Positions 35,328 to 48,382 of a DNA stretch of 55,218 bases are shown here, one piece after another. Under the pieces are notes generated by a model. That model was not told where the DNA came from. It ran no database searches and saw only the letters and a program-made list of their open reading frames with translations. Origin of the DNA: an uncultured Erysipelotrichaceae bacterium (lineage in GTDB: Bacteria > Bacillota_I > Bacilli_A > Erysipelotrichales > Erysipelotrichaceae). Location of the stretch: the NCBI GenBank assembly GCA_964501425.1, contig CAZCSQ010000001.1, forward strand, positions 1 through 55,218, read 5' to 3'. Position 1 is the first letter of the stretch, and each line of letters begins with the position of its first letter. The translations under genes were made by a program, and so were the position numbers.

Positions 35328-36323
35328 TTAACCTATATGTCCAAATGTTGGAGTTTCTAACATGATGCCAGTACCTTCAACCACACAACGTAAAGCATTT
35401 TCAGCCACGTAAACTGGTACATTTAATTCATTGATCAATAAAGTATCTATTCCATTAAGTAAAGCTCCACCACCCGTTAACACAATACCTCTTGTAACGA
35501 TATCACTAGCTAATTCCGGGGGAGTCTGTTCTAAAACAGTACGACAAGCTCTAACAATTTCTTGTAAACTTTCGCGCATTGCTAATTCGGTTTCATCAGA
35601 GCTAATGGTTATTGTATGTGGTAAACCCGTAACTAAGTCACGACCACTGACATCCATTGTATCCTGACGTGAATTACGCCATGCAGTACCAATCTTATTT
35701 TTGATATCTTCAGCTGTACGATCACCGATCAATAGCTTGTATGACTCTTTAAGATACTTGATGATATCACGATCAAGTTTATCGCCAGCTACTTTTAATG
35801 AAGTACTAGTTACAATCTCACCTAGTGACAAGATCGCCACATCAGTAGTACCACCACCAATATCTAAAACCATACTACCACTTGGTTTAGAAATATCTAG
35901 ACCAGCACCGATAGCCGCTACTTTGGGTTCTTCTTCAATATAAACACGTTTAGCGCCAGCTCGGTAAGCAGCATCTCTGATCGCATTACGCTCAACAGAG
36001 GTTATATTACTAGGACAACAGATCAAGATAACCGGCCTTGAAAAAAGCCCCTTCAGTTTCAATTTACGGATAAAATAGCCAAGCATTACTTCTGTAACTT
36101 CAAAATCAGCTATTACACCATCTTTTAAAGGTCTGATAGCCAAGATACGACGAGGTGTCTTACCTAACATTTCCTTAGCTTCTGTACCAACAGCGATGCA
36201 TTTTCTGGTATCAGCATCTAATGCGACAACAGAAGGTTCATCAAGAACGATACCTTTACCTTTTACATAAATCAACATATTCGCTGTCCCTAAGTCAATT
36301 CCGACAGCTTTTGAGAACAACAT
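35328..36323 (-). CDS. mbl: Rod-shape-determining actin homologue MreB/Mbl
   Basis: GIDLGTAN, DIGGGTTD and LTGGGALL motifs. Confidence 0.93.
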   Translation of the reverse strand: MLFSKAVGIDLGTANMLIYVKGKGIVLDEPSVVALDADTRKCIAVGTEAKEMLGKTPRRILAIRPLKDGVIADFEVTEVMLGYFIRKLKLKGLFSRPVILICCPSNITSVERNAIRDAAYRAGAKRVYIEEEPKVAAIGAGLDISKPSGSMVLDIGGGTTDVAILSLGEIVTSTSLKVAGDKLDRDIIKYLKESYKLLIGDRTAEDIKNKIGTAWRNSRQDTMDVSGRDLVTGLPHTITISSDETELAMRESLQEIVRACRTVLEQTPPELASDIVTRGIVLTGGGALLNGIDTLLINELNVPVYVAENALRCVVEGTGIMLETPTFGHIG

Positions 36324-36413
36324 AATTCTCCTCCAATCTTACAAGCAATGATATTATAACACATTTAAAAGATAGTTAAGTGTGAATTATCTAAAGCCTA
36401 AATCATTTTTTAA

Positions 36414-36620
36414 TTAATAAGGATAATAACTAAACCCAATCGCCAACAAGAATTGAGCTAATAGATAACCCAAAGCCATACTGAGAACGATCAACAACAA
36501 TTGGGCTTGTACAACTTTTCCTTGTTTGATAAATTTTGACCAATCAAGACCATTTAAAGCATACCAACATACCCCAAACGACACAATGTGTAAAACAATC
36601 CTAATAATGATATCTATCAT
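36414..36620 (-). CDS. DUF1146 (YwzB-like) small membrane protein
   Basis: 68 aa, two TM segments, immediately downstream of atpC as in B. subtilis ywzB. RBS AGGAGG. Confidence 0.7.
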   Translation of the reverse strand: MIDIIIRIVLHIVSFGVCWYALNGLDWSKFIKQGKVVQAQLLLIVLSMALGYLLAQFLLAIGFSYYPY

Positions 36621-36653
36621 ATTTACCTCCTATAAGAAAGCACCTTCAAGGTG

Positions 36654-37064
36654 CTATTTTTCTGTTTTTACTCTAATCCGGTTTTTAGCACGACGATAAG
36701 CTCTTCTAGCTCTTTCAACATCAATATTTTGAGTATCAATACTTGCCATTCGTGATTCAGAACGTCGCAGCGCCTCTTCAGCCCGATCAAGATCGATCTC
36801 ATCACTTCTTTCGATCGTTTCAACTAAGACCGTCGCTAAGTTATCATTGAAATATAACACGCCCGTTCCTGTCGCGTAGTCATAACGATATCCTGGTACT
36901 AGCTCTTCATTAGCTATTGTTAACCAGCCAACATCGATCATCGCCACCAAAGGCATATGGTCAGTTAAAATACCACGCATCCCATTTGTCGTCATTACAT
37001 TTAAGATAGTTGCGTCTAGTTCTGTATATTCGCCATTTGGAGTAATGATTTTAACCTTAAACAT
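36654..37064 (-). CDS. atpC: F1 ATP synthase epsilon subunit
   Basis: Its position after atpD, its 136 aa length and a helical basic C-terminus. Confidence 0.92.
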   Translation of the reverse strand: MFKVKIITPNGEYTELDATILNVMTTNGMRGILTDHMPLVAMIDVGWLTIANEELVPGYRYDYATGTGVLYFNDNLATVLVETIERSDEIDLDRAEEALRRSESRMASIDTQNIDVERARRAYRRAKNRIRVKTEK

Positions 37065-37066
37065 CC

Positions 37067-38476
<1,410 letters not shown>

Positions 38477-39316
38477 CTATATCGCATCAGCGGTCATAAC
38501 GATCTCATTAATTTCTTGGGTAATGGATGCTTGACGGGCTTTGTTATATTCTAATGTTAAATCCTCAATCAAATCTTCAGCGTTATCCGTAGCCATATCC
38601 ATCGCTAAGCGTCTAGCTGAATGTTCACTGGTTGTACTTTCCAACCAATAACCATAAAACAATGACTTTATGTATAAAGGCACAAGTTCAAATAGGATCG
38701 TATCGATATCTGGTTCATACAAGATTTCTTTGTACGCTAAAGTATAGGTATCTTGCTTAACAATTGGTAAGAGTTTTTCAAACATTGGTTCAAAACTCAT
38801 TGAATTAACATATTTCGTATAAACAATATTGATACTACTTATTTTCTTTGCTTTATAATCGTCAATGATCTGATCCGCAATCTTCGCTAGTTCAATATAC
38901 TTAATAGTGTCACTAGCGATATCATCACGATTAACTTGATATCCATTCTCTCGAAGTGAATACTTACCACGTAATCCGATCACTAACAATTCTCCTGTCT
39001 TTGGTAATTGTTCAGTAATTAATCTTAAAACATTTGAATTATATCCACCACACAAGCCAAGGTCACTTAAATAGACAATCGTTAATGGGTTATCATCAAT
39101 ACGTTCTTGAAGATAGATATTATCTATATCATTGGTATAGCTTAGTATCTCAGTAACGATCTCCTTTAAGTTTGCCGAATAAGGTTTATTCGCATCAAAA
39201 TGCTCACGCTGACGCTTGAGTTTTCCGATAGCGATCAATTCCATCGCTTTTGTTATCTTACGCGTGGTCTTGATCCCTCTGATCCTTGTTTTAATTACTT
39301 GTTGTGATCCTGACAT
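38477..39316 (-). CDS. atpG: F1 ATP synthase gamma subunit
   Basis: IKTTRKITKAMELIA N-terminus and ITQEINEIV C-terminus. Confidence 0.95.
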   Translation of the reverse strand: MSGSQQVIKTRIRGIKTTRKITKAMELIAIGKLKRQREHFDANKPYSANLKEIVTEILSYTNDIDNIYLQERIDDNPLTIVYLSDLGLCGGYNSNVLRLITEQLPKTGELLVIGLRGKYSLRENGYQVNRDDIASDTIKYIELAKIADQIIDDYKAKKISSINIVYTKYVNSMSFEPMFEKLLPIVKQDTYTLAYKEILYEPDIDTILFELVPLYIKSLFYGYWLESTTSEHSARRLAMDMATDNAEDLIEDLTLEYNKARQASITQEINEIVMTADAI

Positions 39317-40839
39317 TATTCCTTACCGTTCAATCTTTTGTATTGATCAACATAGGCATCAACCGCATCACTTAATTTATCCTTAAGATCCTCAGTCAAT
39401 TCTTGTTTATCAATAATTTCCTGTAATATATCTGTTTGATGAATTCGGAAATAATTATGTAGTTCACTTTCAAACTCATCAATCTCTTCAACTGTAATTT
39501 CTTTTAAATAACCATACTTAGCCACATAGAGTGACAATACCTGATATTCTAAACTAAATGGTTTATATTGTCCTTGTTTTAATAGTTCTGTTAAACGCGC
39601 ACCATGTTCAATAATGGCTTTTGTGGAAGGTTCAAGATCACTACCAAACTGTGAAAACGACAACATCTCATGATATTGAGCCAAATCCATTTTTAATGAA
39701 CTAGATAATTGTTTCATGATCTTAGTTTGCGCTGCACTACCAACACGTGATACTGATAGCCCACTATCAACAGCTGGCCGAACGCCACCATTAAAGAGTT
39801 CAGTCTGTAAAAAGAGTTGTCCATCGGTAATTGATATTACATTGGTAGGAATATAAGCTGAAATATCACCAGCTTGGGTTTCAATGATTGGTAAAGCTGT
39901 TAGTGATCCCCCACCATAATTATCATTTAATTTCGCGGCTCTTTCTAATAAACGAGAATGAAGATAGAAAACATCACCTGGATAAGCTTCTCTTCCTGGT
40001 GGTCTTCTTAATAGAAGTGACATCGTTCGATAAGCTACCGCATGTTTACTTAGATCATCATATATGATCAAAACATCCTTACCCTGTTCCATCCACTCTT
40101 CACCAATGGCACATCCAGCATAAGGGGCTATATATTGCATAGGAGCGCGCTCACTGGCTGTTGCGACAACGATCGTGGTATATTCCATAGCCCCAAATTG
40201 TTTTAACTTTTCAACAATCTGTACTACTGTCGATGCTTTTTGACCTATAGCTACGTAAATACAATAGACATTCTCATTTTTTTGATTAATGATCGTATCG
40301 ATCGCAATAGCGGTTTTACCTGTCTGACGATCACCAATGATCAACTCTCTTTGACCACGTCCAATAGGAATGATCGAGTCAATGATCTTAATACCTGTTT
40401 GTAACGCTTGATTAACTGACTTTCTAGTCATAACCCCAGGCGCTACTCTTTCAATAGGTCTTGTTTTCTTTGTATCAACCGGTTCTTTACCATCAATGGC
40501 AATACCTAGTGCATTAACGACTCTTCCGAGCATTTGATCACCAACAGGTACTTCAATTATCTTATTAGAGCGATAAACTTTATCGCCTTCTTTGATCGTT
40601 GAATCATCACCCATGATAACAGCGCCAACATTATCAACTTCTAAATTGAGCGCCATCCCAAAAACATCATCACCAAAGATAAGTAATTCATTGGCCATAA
40701 CATTTTCTAGTCCATGAATAAGGGCTATCCCATCACCTACTTTAATGACATACCCAACATCTTTGACATCAAGTCTTTCATCATAATGCTTAATCTGATC
40801 CTTGATTATCGCACTGATCTCTTCTGGCTTAAGTTTCAT
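39316..40839 (-). CDS. atpA: F1 ATP synthase alpha subunit
   Basis: GDRQTGKT Walker A, 507 aa. Confidence 0.97.
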   Translation of the reverse strand: MKLKPEEISAIIKDQIKHYDERLDVKDVGYVIKVGDGIALIHGLENVMANELLIFGDDVFGMALNLEVDNVGAVIMGDDSTIKEGDKVYRSNKIIEVPVGDQMLGRVVNALGIAIDGKEPVDTKKTRPIERVAPGVMTRKSVNQALQTGIKIIDSIIPIGRGQRELIIGDRQTGKTAIAIDTIINQKNENVYCIYVAIGQKASTVVQIVEKLKQFGAMEYTTIVVATASERAPMQYIAPYAGCAIGEEWMEQGKDVLIIYDDLSKHAVAYRTMSLLLRRPPGREAYPGDVFYLHSRLLERAAKLNDNYGGGSLTALPIIETQAGDISAYIPTNVISITDGQLFLQTELFNGGVRPAVDSGLSVSRVGSAAQTKIMKQLSSSLKMDLAQYHEMLSFSQFGSDLEPSTKAIIEHGARLTELLKQGQYKPFSLEYQVLSLYVAKYGYLKEITVEEIDEFESELHNYFRIHQTDILQEIIDKQELTEDLKDKLSDAVDAYVDQYKRLNGKE

Positions 40840-40842
40840 TTA

Positions 40843-41382
40843 TTACTCACCTCTATTCAATAAGCTGTTTTTCAGCATATTAATCCTATTCTTTAATGAT
40901 CCATCTATAACTCGATCACGAACAACGACTTTGATCCCTGACAACAGTTCAGTATCGATCATGTTTTCTAACATGACCTTATATTCAAATCTTTCACTGA
41001 CCGCTTCTTCAATCTCTTTTATCTGTTTATCTGATAGATAATCAATTGAGTAAACCTGTCCCATGATCCTACCTTGTTCTTCATTGGCCTTGATCAAGAA
41101 ATCATCAATGATCTGTTCAATTATGTCATGTCTATTATTATCCACGATCAAATAGATAAATCTAACAATACTTTGATTTGAATCATCAGCGAAGATCTTA
41201 TCGATCACTTTTTTCTTGTCTTCTTTAGAAATTAAATAGTGCTTCAAAAATGGTAATAGTTCTGTATTAGTCTTAAAAACTCTTTTTATCCTTTTTAACT
41301 GTTCACAATAAAAATCCAAGCTGTTTTCTTCTTTAGCTAGTTCAAGTAACGCTAGTGAATAACGACTGGCGATCTTACTCAT
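40843..41382 (-). CDS. atpH: F1 ATP synthase delta subunit
   Basis: Operon position and an OSCP-like 179 aa protein. Confidence 0.9.
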   Translation of the reverse strand: MSKIASRYSLALLELAKEENSLDFYCEQLKRIKRVFKTNTELLPFLKHYLISKEDKKKVIDKIFADDSNQSIVRFIYLIVDNNRHDIIEQIIDDFLIKANEEQGRIMGQVYSIDYLSDKQIKEIEEAVSERFEYKVMLENMIDTELLSGIKVVVRDRVIDGSLKNRINMLKNSLLNRGE

Positions 41383-41891
41383 TTGGTCTTAACTTCCTTT
41401 ATGAAACGTTCAATAGCCTGACGATCTTTATCCTCGTCAAGCTTTTCGCTTACCAATTTTCCAGCTGCCATCATGGCAACTTCAACTATTTCCTTATGTA
41501 TCTCTTTTTTAAGCTGTTCTTTTTCCAAAGCGAGTTCTTTTTTGGTATCAGCTAAAGCTTCTTCTGATCTGCGCTTGGCTTCAGCCAACAACTCACTCTT
41601 TATCCGTTCGCCTTCTGTTTTCCCAATTGTGATCAATTGTTTGGCTTCAACTCCAGCCTTTTGAATTTCCTGCTTAGCTTGTTGATTCAAAAGCTCAGAT
41701 TCTTCTTTTAATCTAGCAGCTTCCATTAACTTGTTATGTTCAAATTCGGAACGCTTTTGCAAGATTTCTCTAACCGGTTTCCAAGCCAACTTTTTCATGA
41801 AATAAAACAAGATAAAAGTAGCGATAAGTTGAGTAACGATCGTTAAGACATTAGGAAGCAGTTTCTCTAATATATCAATATTGATTTGCAT
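41379..41891 (-). CDS. atpF: F0 ATP synthase subunit b
   Basis: A single N-terminal TM followed by a long charged helix. Confidence 0.9.
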   Translation of the reverse strand: MQINIDILEKLLPNVLTIVTQLIATFILFYFMKKLAWKPVREILQKRSEFEHNKLMEAARLKEESELLNQQAKQEIQKAGVEAKQLITIGKTEGERIKSELLAEAKRRSEEALADTKKELALEKEQLKKEIHKEIVEVAMMAAGKLVSEKLDEDKDRQAIERFIKEVKTK

Positions 41892-41914
41892 AGAGACTCC
41901 TTTCTAATTCAGTT

Positions 41915-42151
41915 CTAGACTCGTCCACCTAATACGAAGATAATAAGTAGTGCTACTAATAATCCATAAATGGCAACAGTTTCCGTAATAGCCGCACCAG
42001 TAATAGCCATTGAACGAAGCTTTCCTTCAGCCTCTGGATTTTTACCAATAGCCTCTACAGCTCTTGCAAAAACATTACCTTCACCAATAGCGGTCAACGC
42101 TCCAGCCATTACAGCTAAGGCTGCACCAATCGCAATTAATCCTAATTCCAT
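41915..42151 (-). CDS. atpE: F0 ATP synthase subunit c
   Basis: 78 aa hairpin proteolipid with a conserved carboxylate (AITETVAIYGL). Confidence 0.93.
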   Translation of the reverse strand: MELGLIAIGAALAVMAGALTAIGEGNVFARAVEAIGKNPEAEGKLRSMAITGAAITETVAIYGLLVALLIIFVLGGRV

Positions 42152-42178
42152 ATGTAATCCTCCTTAAATGTTAATCAT

Positions 42179-42859
42179 CTATTTCAACGGAAGTTCTTTT
42201 CCAATGAAAGCTATCGTTAATGATATAAAAATATACGTCTGTATCAATCCCGCAAAGAGATCGAAGTAAAAATGAAGTGCTGGTGTCACTACAACCCCAA
42301 CAAAGTTAAAGAAACCAAGAAATGGCACTAATCCTGATACCATCGCCGTAAAGGAATAGACCAAGCCCATGGTGACCCCACCAGTCATGATATTACCAAA
42401 TAAACGCATTGACATCGAAATAAGTGGTGAAAGCTTACCAACGATATTCATAAAGAGAAAAGGCGCGAATGGTTCAAAGAATCCCTTGAGGTAATTCTTG
42501 ATCCCGTTAAACTTAATCGCATTCTTTTCAATTAAAACTACCGTGATGAAAGCCAAAGTCAATGTCACACTGAAGTTTGCGGTTGGCGATTCAATCGAAA
42601 ATAGACCCGATATATTTGATAAGACAAGATAACTTGATATCATCCCAATATAAGGACCTAAGTTTTCTGTTATCACATCATTGGTTTCTCTTAGCACCAT
42701 CTTATCAACAGCTGAGACCCCCATCATCGTCAACAAGACAACTCCTTTGGGCTGTGTTAATGGATCGTATTGTTTTAGTTTACGATTTACATAATAAAGA
42801 GCGCCGATAATGATCGTCGTTACTAAGATGATTCCATAAATCGCTGATTGAACAACCAT
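42179..42859 (-). CDS. atpB: F0 ATP synthase subunit a
   Basis: MRLFGNIMTG with the essential Arg. ATG at 42859 has AGGAG upstream, and the track start at 42892 overlaps atpI. Confidence 0.92.
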   Translation of the reverse strand: MVVQSAIYGIILVTTIIIGALYYVNRKLKQYDPLTQPKGVVLLTMMGVSAVDKMVLRETNDVITENLGPYIGMISSYLVLSNISGLFSIESPTANFSVTLTLAFITVVLIEKNAIKFNGIKNYLKGFFEPFAPFLFMNIVGKLSPLISMSMRLFGNIMTGGVTMGLVYSFTAMVSGLVPFLGFFNFVGVVVTPALHFYFDLFAGLIQTYIFISLTIAFIGKELPLK

Positions 42860-42869
42860 AAACTCACTC

Positions 42870-43211
42870 CTAATCTTTATAAAATACCGCAAAGGCTATT
42901 AAAACGACCTTGTATAAGATAAACCCACCAGCTGCTCCAAAGATGTTGAAATACTGTGGTAAGATCAAAGCGATCACAAGTGGTAATGCAATAATGACAT
43001 ATCTAAGCATTGAACCTAACATGACAATAAACATATTCACTCTGCCACTTTTAAGCATATTATCCATACTGATTGTAATAAGGTAAAGATGAAAGATACT
43101 AGCTAGATATCCTAAGATGATCCCCGTACTAATACGGAAATCAATAAAATACATTATAACAGCTAATATAATAGCTGTTAAGGCTGATACTCTACGCTCT
43201 TTATTTGACAT
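42870..43211 (-). CDS. atpI: ATP synthase protein I
   Basis: Small hydrophobic protein (113 aa) at the head of the atp operon. Confidence 0.75.
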   Translation of the reverse strand: MSNKERRVSALTAIILAVIMYFIDFRISTGIILGYLASIFHLYLITISMDNMLKSGRVNMFIVMLGSMLRYVIIALPLVIALILPQYFNIFGAAGGFILYKVVLIAFAVFYKD

Positions 43212-43216
43212 TTAGT

Positions 43217-43837
43217 TTACTTTGTACCAAATATCCTATCACCGGCATCACCAAGCCCGGGAACAATGTAACCAACTTCATTAAGTTTTTCATCTAACGC
43301 TGCTAAGTAAATATCAACATCAGGATGATCTTTTTCAATCAAGCTCACACCTTCTGGAACACCAACCAAGCATACAAGCTTAATTGTTTTAGCACCTCTT
43401 TTTTTCACCATATCAATGGCGGCACTAGCAGAACCACCGGTTGCTAACATGGGATCTAAGACCATAACTACTGCATCTTTTAATCCTTCAGGAAACTTTG
43501 CATAGTACTCATGTGGTTGAAGTGTTTCTTCATCACGATAAAGTCCCACAAAGCCAACCTTAGCCGTTGGTATGATATTACGAATACCATTGACCATTCC
43601 AAGTCCCGCTCTTAAGATCGGTACTAATACAACTTCCGCTGCTAACTCATACGTATCACATAAACCCATTGGCGTTTTGATACAAACATCCTTTACTGGT
43701 AAATCACGTGAAACTTCATAAGCCATTAAACTAGCAATTTCATCAAGATGTTGACTGAAATCCTTTGTCCCTGTCTTTTCATCACGCATATAAGCCAACT
43801 TATGAGTTATAAGCGGATGGTTTAATACTTTTAACAT
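43217..43837 (-). CDS. upp: Uracil phosphoribosyltransferase
   Basis: [16 protein letters not shown] motif and GLGDAGDR tail. Confidence 0.96.
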   Translation of the reverse strand: MLKVLNHPLITHKLAYMRDEKTGTKDFSQHLDEIASLMAYEVSRDLPVKDVCIKTPMGLCDTYELAAEVVLVPILRAGLGMVNGIRNIIPTAKVGFVGLYRDEETLQPHEYYAKFPEGLKDAVVMVLDPMLATGGSASAAIDMVKKRGAKTIKLVCLVGVPEGVSLIEKDHPDVDIYLAALDEKLNEVGYIVPGLGDAGDRIFGTK

Positions 43838-43854
43838 ATTTTATCACCCAGTCA

Positions 43855-43864
43855 ATTATATCAT
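43855..43864 (-). promoter_or_regulatory. Candidate extended -10 promoter element (ATGATATAAT) for upp/atp
   Basis: The minus strand reads ATGATATAAT in the glyA-upp gap, about 20 nt upstream of the upp RBS. Confidence 0.45.
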
Positions 43865-43890
43865 AACAAGTAATTTTCGCTATAGATATT

Positions 43891-45120
43891 TCATACGCAA
43901 CCGGTTACAGGATACTGCTTTGTTAAATTTAAAACTTCCTGTTTGATCTTAGCTAGAGCTAATTCATCATCTTGACTATCAACTACAGCTTTGATCAATT
44001 CGGCTACTTTAATAAATTCTTTCTCTTTAAATCCCCTTGTTGTCATTGCTGGAGTACCTAATCGAATCCCACTAGTCGTCATTGGTCGTTCTTGATCAAA
44101 AGGAATTGAATTCTTGTTACATGTAATAAGTACTTGATCTAACAATTTCTCTAAAACAATACCCGTTAGATTAAATGAAGATTTTGTGTCCACCAATAAC
44201 ATATGATTATCAGTAGTACCACTGACAATCCTAAAACCTTGTGCTTCAAGTGCTGTGCTAAATGCTTTAGCGTTAGTTATTACCTGTTTTTGATAAGTCA
44301 CAAAATCAGGTTGAGCCGCTTCATAAAAACAAACAGCTTTACCAGCGATCACATGAACCAAAGGACCACCCTGTACTCCTGGAAAAACATTACGATCTAA
44401 GGCACTAGCATATTCTTTTTTACAGATTATGGCTCCACCGCGCGGCCCTCTTAAAGTCTTATGAGTCGTTGTTGTCACAAAGTCAGCGTAAGTAATGGGA
44501 TTTGGATGAAGTCCAGCAGCGATCAAGCCAGCCACATGGGCCATATCCACCATTAACAATGCCCCAACCTCTTTTGCGATATCCGCAAATAATTGATAAT
44601 CGATGAAGCGTGAATAAGCACTAGCACCTGCAACGATCAACTTTGGTTTAACTTCATGAGCGATCTTGCGCACATTGTCATAGTCAATCATTTCGGTCTT
44701 AGGATCTACACCATAACTATAAAACTCATATAATTTACCTGAAAAATTAAGTTTATGTCCATGCGTTAAGTGTCCACCAGCTGATAGATCCATTCCTAAT
44801 ACCCAATCACCAATATCAAGTGCGGTTAGATAGACAGCCATATTGGCTTGTGAACCTGAATGAGGTTGAACATTAGCGTGCTCCCCATCAAATAGCTCAC
44901 ATAAACGAGTTCGTGCTAACTCTTCAATCTGATCTACATATTCACAACCACCATAATATCGTTTACCAGGATAGCCTTCAGCGTACTTATTGGTTAAGAT
45001 ACTACCAGTTACGTCTCTTATCGCTTGTGATGTATAATTTTCTGAAGCGATCAATTCAATGTTATCTTGTTGGCGACCTTCTTCAAGCTTGATCAATCTA
45101 GCTAATTCTTTGTCTTGCAT
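43891..45120 (-). CDS. glyA: Serine hydroxymethyltransferase
   Basis: [17 protein letters not shown]-lysine motif. Confidence 0.97.
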   Translation of the reverse strand: MQDKELARLIKLEEGRQQDNIELIASENYTSQAIRDVTGSILTNKYAEGYPGKRYYGGCEYVDQIEELARTRLCELFDGEHANVQPHSGSQANMAVYLTALDIGDWVLGMDLSAGGHLTHGHKLNFSGKLYEFYSYGVDPKTEMIDYDNVRKIAHEVKPKLIVAGASAYSRFIDYQLFADIAKEVGALLMVDMAHVAGLIAAGLHPNPITYADFVTTTTHKTLRGPRGGAIICKKEYASALDRNVFPGVQGGPLVHVIAGKAVCFYEAAQPDFVTYQKQVITNAKAFSTALEAQGFRIVSGTTDNHMLLVDTKSSFNLTGIVLEKLLDQVLITCNKNSIPFDQERPMTTSGIRLGTPAMTTRGFKEKEFIKVAELIKAVVDSQDDELALAKIKQEVLNLTKQYPVTGCV

Positions 45121-45734
45121 GTTGTATCCTCTAAAGCTCTTTCTATGTCTTCAAGGTTGATTGGACCCTGCCTTAATACCTTAAGTTTATCATCGATCGT
45201 GCTAATTATCGTACTTGGTACACCATTAGCACATTGACCCATGACTACGCCGTTAATTGTTCCATCTAGCTGTTCAAGAACTTCTTGATGAGTTAAAGCT
45301 GAAGCAAGTGATGAAATATTGGCACTAGGTACCAACAGTGGTATACCAACCCCATTGATGATACTTAATACAAATTGATCATCCGGCATTCTAACAGCTA
45401 TCGTATCAAAACCATTAGTCACATAATCAGCGACCGTCTTTTTCTTATTAAAGACAAGGGTAATAGCTCCTGGCATCCACCTCTTGATCAATAAGCGATC
45501 TCTTTGGTTTAATTCCGCGACCATTTCAATCTGTTCAAGACTCTCAACCAACATTGGAAATGGTTTATTATCCGGTCTTTGTTTAGCTTGTTTTAAAAGA
45601 TCATAAGCCTCTTTGCGGTCATACCTTGCGGCTAAGCCATAAACAGTATCTGTAGGAAAAGCTACTATTCCGCCATCTTTAATGATCTTGATGATCTGAG
45701 CGATATCATCATGCGTAAATAATCTTGTTTTCAT
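45102..45734 (-). CDS. tsaC: L-threonylcarbamoyladenylate synthase, short TsaC/YrdC-type
   Basis: [10 protein letters not shown] and KQRPDNKP motifs. At 210 aa it has no Sua5 C-terminal domain. Confidence 0.88.
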   Translation of the reverse strand: MKTRLFTHDDIAQIIKIIKDGGIVAFPTDTVYGLAARYDRKEAYDLLKQAKQRPDNKPFPMLVESLEQIEMVAELNQRDRLLIKRWMPGAITLVFNKKKTVADYVTNGFDTIAVRMPDDQFVLSIINGVGIPLLVPSANISSLASALTHQEVLEQLDGTINGVVMGQCANGVPSTIISTIDDKLKVLRQGPINLEDIERALEDTTCKTKN

Positions 45735-45768
45735 AATTCAATCTTATCATAATTTCCTTTTCTTGCTT

Positions 45769-45798
45769 AAAAAAAGCCTTATCAAATAGATAAGACTT
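45769..45798 (-). terminator. Intrinsic terminator after prmC (overlaps the stop codon)
   Basis: The minus strand reads AAGTCTTATC-TATTT-GATAAGGCTT followed by T7. Confidence 0.65.
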
Positions 45799-46657
45799 AC
45801 TCAGATAGATTAACGTAAACAAACAACATCCGATCTTTACCATTAAGATCTTTGATAACTTCAGCTTTTTGATCAGGAAAGTATTCTTTAGCCAAAAGTA
45901 ATAATTCTTCTTTTTGTTGGTAACCTATTTCAAAAGCTAACAACGCTTTTTCATTCAACACCTTATGAGCTTGACTTAAGATAATACGATAGAACTTCAA
46001 ACCATCGTCCCCCCCAAATAAAGCCATGTTGGGTTCAAAATCAACAACAGAACGATCTAAGTCCTCAGACGTCTTGATATAAGGAGGATTAGACACTAAG
46101 ATATCTAGTTTAATATTATTATCGATTAGTGGTTGTAACATATCCCCATTAAAGAATGTAATATCAGCGCCGTTGTCTAAAGCATTAAGCTTCGCTACTT
46201 CAAGAGTATTGGGATTTAACTCACTGGCATAACACGTGATCTTTTTCTCTTCACACGCTAAAGTGATCGCAATTGCACCACTGCCACATGCCACATCGGC
46301 TACTGCAAGACTTTCATTAGCTGAAAAATGCTCATCAATAGCTTCTAAGATATAAGCACATAATTCTTCTGTTTCATATCTGGGAATAAAGACATGTTCA
46401 TTAACCTTTAATTTACGTCCATAAAACCATTGATAGCCCAGTACATAAGCTAACGGTTCATCATCTAATAAACGGTTTAGCCCTTCAGTGAAGACTGTGG
46501 CTATTTTTGGATCTACTTCTTTATGGTAGTTAGCATACAGATCGATATCATTAGCCTGTGTTAATTCATACATTAATAATTTGATCGAACTCAAGGATAT
46601 CGCTGTTTGGCTGGCTCTTTTTTCAGCTTCCTTGATCATTTCATGATAACTTATCAT
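45797..46657 (-). CDS. prmC: Release-factor glutamine N5-methyltransferase
   Basis: DVACGSGAI (motif I) and VSNPPYI (NPPY). Overlaps the prfA stop. Confidence 0.93.
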   Translation of the reverse strand: MISYHEMIKEAEKRASQTAISLSSIKLLMYELTQANDIDLYANYHKEVDPKIATVFTEGLNRLLDDEPLAYVLGYQWFYGRKLKVNEHVFIPRYETEELCAYILEAIDEHFSANESLAVADVACGSGAIAITLACEEKKITCYASELNPNTLEVAKLNALDNGADITFFNGDMLQPLIDNNIKLDILVSNPPYIKTSEDLDRSVVDFEPNMALFGGDDGLKFYRIILSQAHKVLNEKALLAFEIGYQQKEELLLLAKEYFPDQKAEVIKDLNGKDRMLFVYVNLSE

Positions 46658-47724
46658 TGTTGAGCCAATATTTCCTTACGTTCTTGTTCAAGCAGAGCAT
46701 CAATGATGTCATCCATCTTGCCTTCAACGATCCGATCTAGTTGATTAAGTGTTAGACCAATACGATGATCAGTTACTCTGTTTTGAGGATAGTTATAAGT
46801 TCTGATCTTTTCAGAACGATCACCCTTACCAATCTTTGATCTACGTATCGCTCCTTTTTCTTCATCTTGTTTACGTTGTAATTCTTCTAAAACACGAGCT
46901 CTAATAATTCTTAGTGCGGTTGCTTTATTCTCATGTTGCGAGCGTCCATCTTGACAGTTAACTGATATGCCAGTAGGAATATGGGTAACTCTAACAGCGG
47001 AATCAGTCTTATTAATGTGCTGACCACCAGCACCACTAGCACGATGTGTTTCAATCTCAAGTTCTGCATCATCTATTTCAATATCATCATTTTGCGCATC
47101 AGCTAAAACTAATACCGTCGCTGTTGAAGTATGAATTCTTCCTTGCGTCTCTGTTTTTGGTACACGTTGTACACGATGCGCCCCAGATTCAAATTTCAAA
47201 TGACGATAGACTTCATCACCCTTGATCACAAATGAGATCATGGTAAAGCCACCAGCCTCTGATTCTGATACCTGCATAACTTCTGTTTTCCACCCTTTAA
47301 TCTCAGCGTAGCGTGAATACATCCGATAAAGATCACCAGCGAAGATATTACCTTCATCCCCACCAGCTGCTCCACGTATTTCAAATAAAGCGTCATGATC
47401 ATCATTAGGATCTCTTGGTATCAATAAGATCTGGATCTTTTCTAACAAATCTTCTTCAAGTGTTGTTTGTTCATCCAATTCCATTTCAGCCATCATTTTG
47501 ATATCTTCATCATGTTCATGTAAAAGCTGTTTTGCTTGGGCAATGTTTTCTTGAATCTCTTGCAAGTAAGCGTATGATTCAACGATTTGACGCAAAGATG
47601 CTAGTTCCTTCGCCATCTTAGCCATTAAACGGGGATTAGCGATGACGGCATCACTGATCAGTTCTTTATCAAGATCTTCGTAACGTTTTTTAATTTCTTC
47701 TAATTTGCTGATAATAGCACTCAT
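46654..47724 (-). CDS. prfA: Peptide chain release factor 1
   Basis: GGQ (SGAGGQHINK) and the RF1-type tripeptide PxT (RVPKTETQGR region). Confidence 0.96.
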   Translation of the reverse strand: MSAIISKLEEIKKRYEDLDKELISDAVIANPRLMAKMAKELASLRQIVESYAYLQEIQENIAQAKQLLHEHDEDIKMMAEMELDEQTTLEEDLLEKIQILLIPRDPNDDHDALFEIRGAAGGDEGNIFAGDLYRMYSRYAEIKGWKTEVMQVSESEAGGFTMISFVIKGDEVYRHLKFESGAHRVQRVPKTETQGRIHTSTATVLVLADAQNDDIEIDDAELEIETHRASGAGGQHINKTDSAVRVTHIPTGISVNCQDGRSQHENKATALRIIRARVLEELQRKQDEEKGAIRRSKIGKGDRSEKIRTYNYPQNRVTDHRIGLTLNQLDRIVEGKMDDIIDALLEQERKEILAQQ

Positions 47725-47733
47725 ATATACTCC

Positions 47734-48324
47734 TTATTTTATAGTTGGTTTATCCAGCATCTCAAAACAATGTCGACAACGAGCTTCGTAACTTTCACTA
47801 GCGCCAACCATGATGATTGGATCATGATAACTAGCTGGTTTACCATTAACGATTCTTTGGGTCCGTGTTGCAGGAGCCCCACACTTTGTACATACAGCTG
47901 TCAATTTGATCACAAATTCAGCGGTAGTGATCAAATAAGCCATATCACCAAATGGTTCAGCTCTAAAATCAGTATCTAACCCTGCCACCATAACTCTTTT
48001 ACCTTGAGAACACAATATATCACACACGTGGATAATGTCGTGATCAAAGAATTGAACTTCATCGATCGCCACAACATCCACTGTATCATCAACATAATCT
48101 AATATATCTTTAGCTCTACTTGCTAAAATACTATTGACAGAGCTTCCACCATGCGAGACAACCATTGTCTTACTATAACGATCATCAATCGTTGGTTTAA
48201 AGACCATGACTCTTTTCTTGGCAAACTCTAAAACTTTTATCCTTCTAATAAGATCTTCTGTTTTACCAGCAAACATACAGCCGGTAATAACTTCTAAGTA
48301 ACCATCACGATATTTATGATACAT
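47734..48324 (-). CDS. tdk: Thymidine kinase
   Basis: GCMFAGKTE P-loop and a C-terminal zinc ribbon (CTKCG...CRHC). Confidence 0.95.
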   Translation of the reverse strand: MYHKYRDGYLEVITGCMFAGKTEDLIRRIKVLEFAKKRVMVFKPTIDDRYSKTMVVSHGGSSVNSILASRAKDILDYVDDTVDVVAIDEVQFFDHDIIHVCDILCSQGKRVMVAGLDTDFRAEPFGDMAYLITTAEFVIKLTAVCTKCGAPATRTQRIVNGKPASYHDPIIMVGASESYEARCRHCFEMLDKPTIK

Positions 48325-48353
48325 AATTGATACCTCTTCTTTGTAATATTATA

Positions 48354-48382
48354 CCAAAAAAATAAGAGATCTCTCTCTTATT
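48354..48382 (-). terminator. Intrinsic terminator after rpmE (overlaps the stop codon)
   Basis: The minus strand reads AATAAGAGA-GAGA-TCTCTTATT followed by a T-run. Confidence 0.65.

Noticed and set aside
36639-36655. Hairpin AGCACC-TTCAA-GGTGCT overlapping the atpC stop, considered as a terminator
   Set aside because: The stem is only 6 bp with a poor T-tract, and the DUF1846-unrelated DUF1846... correction: the DUF1146 gene follows immediately with a strong RBS. It is more likely a read-through structure than a terminator.
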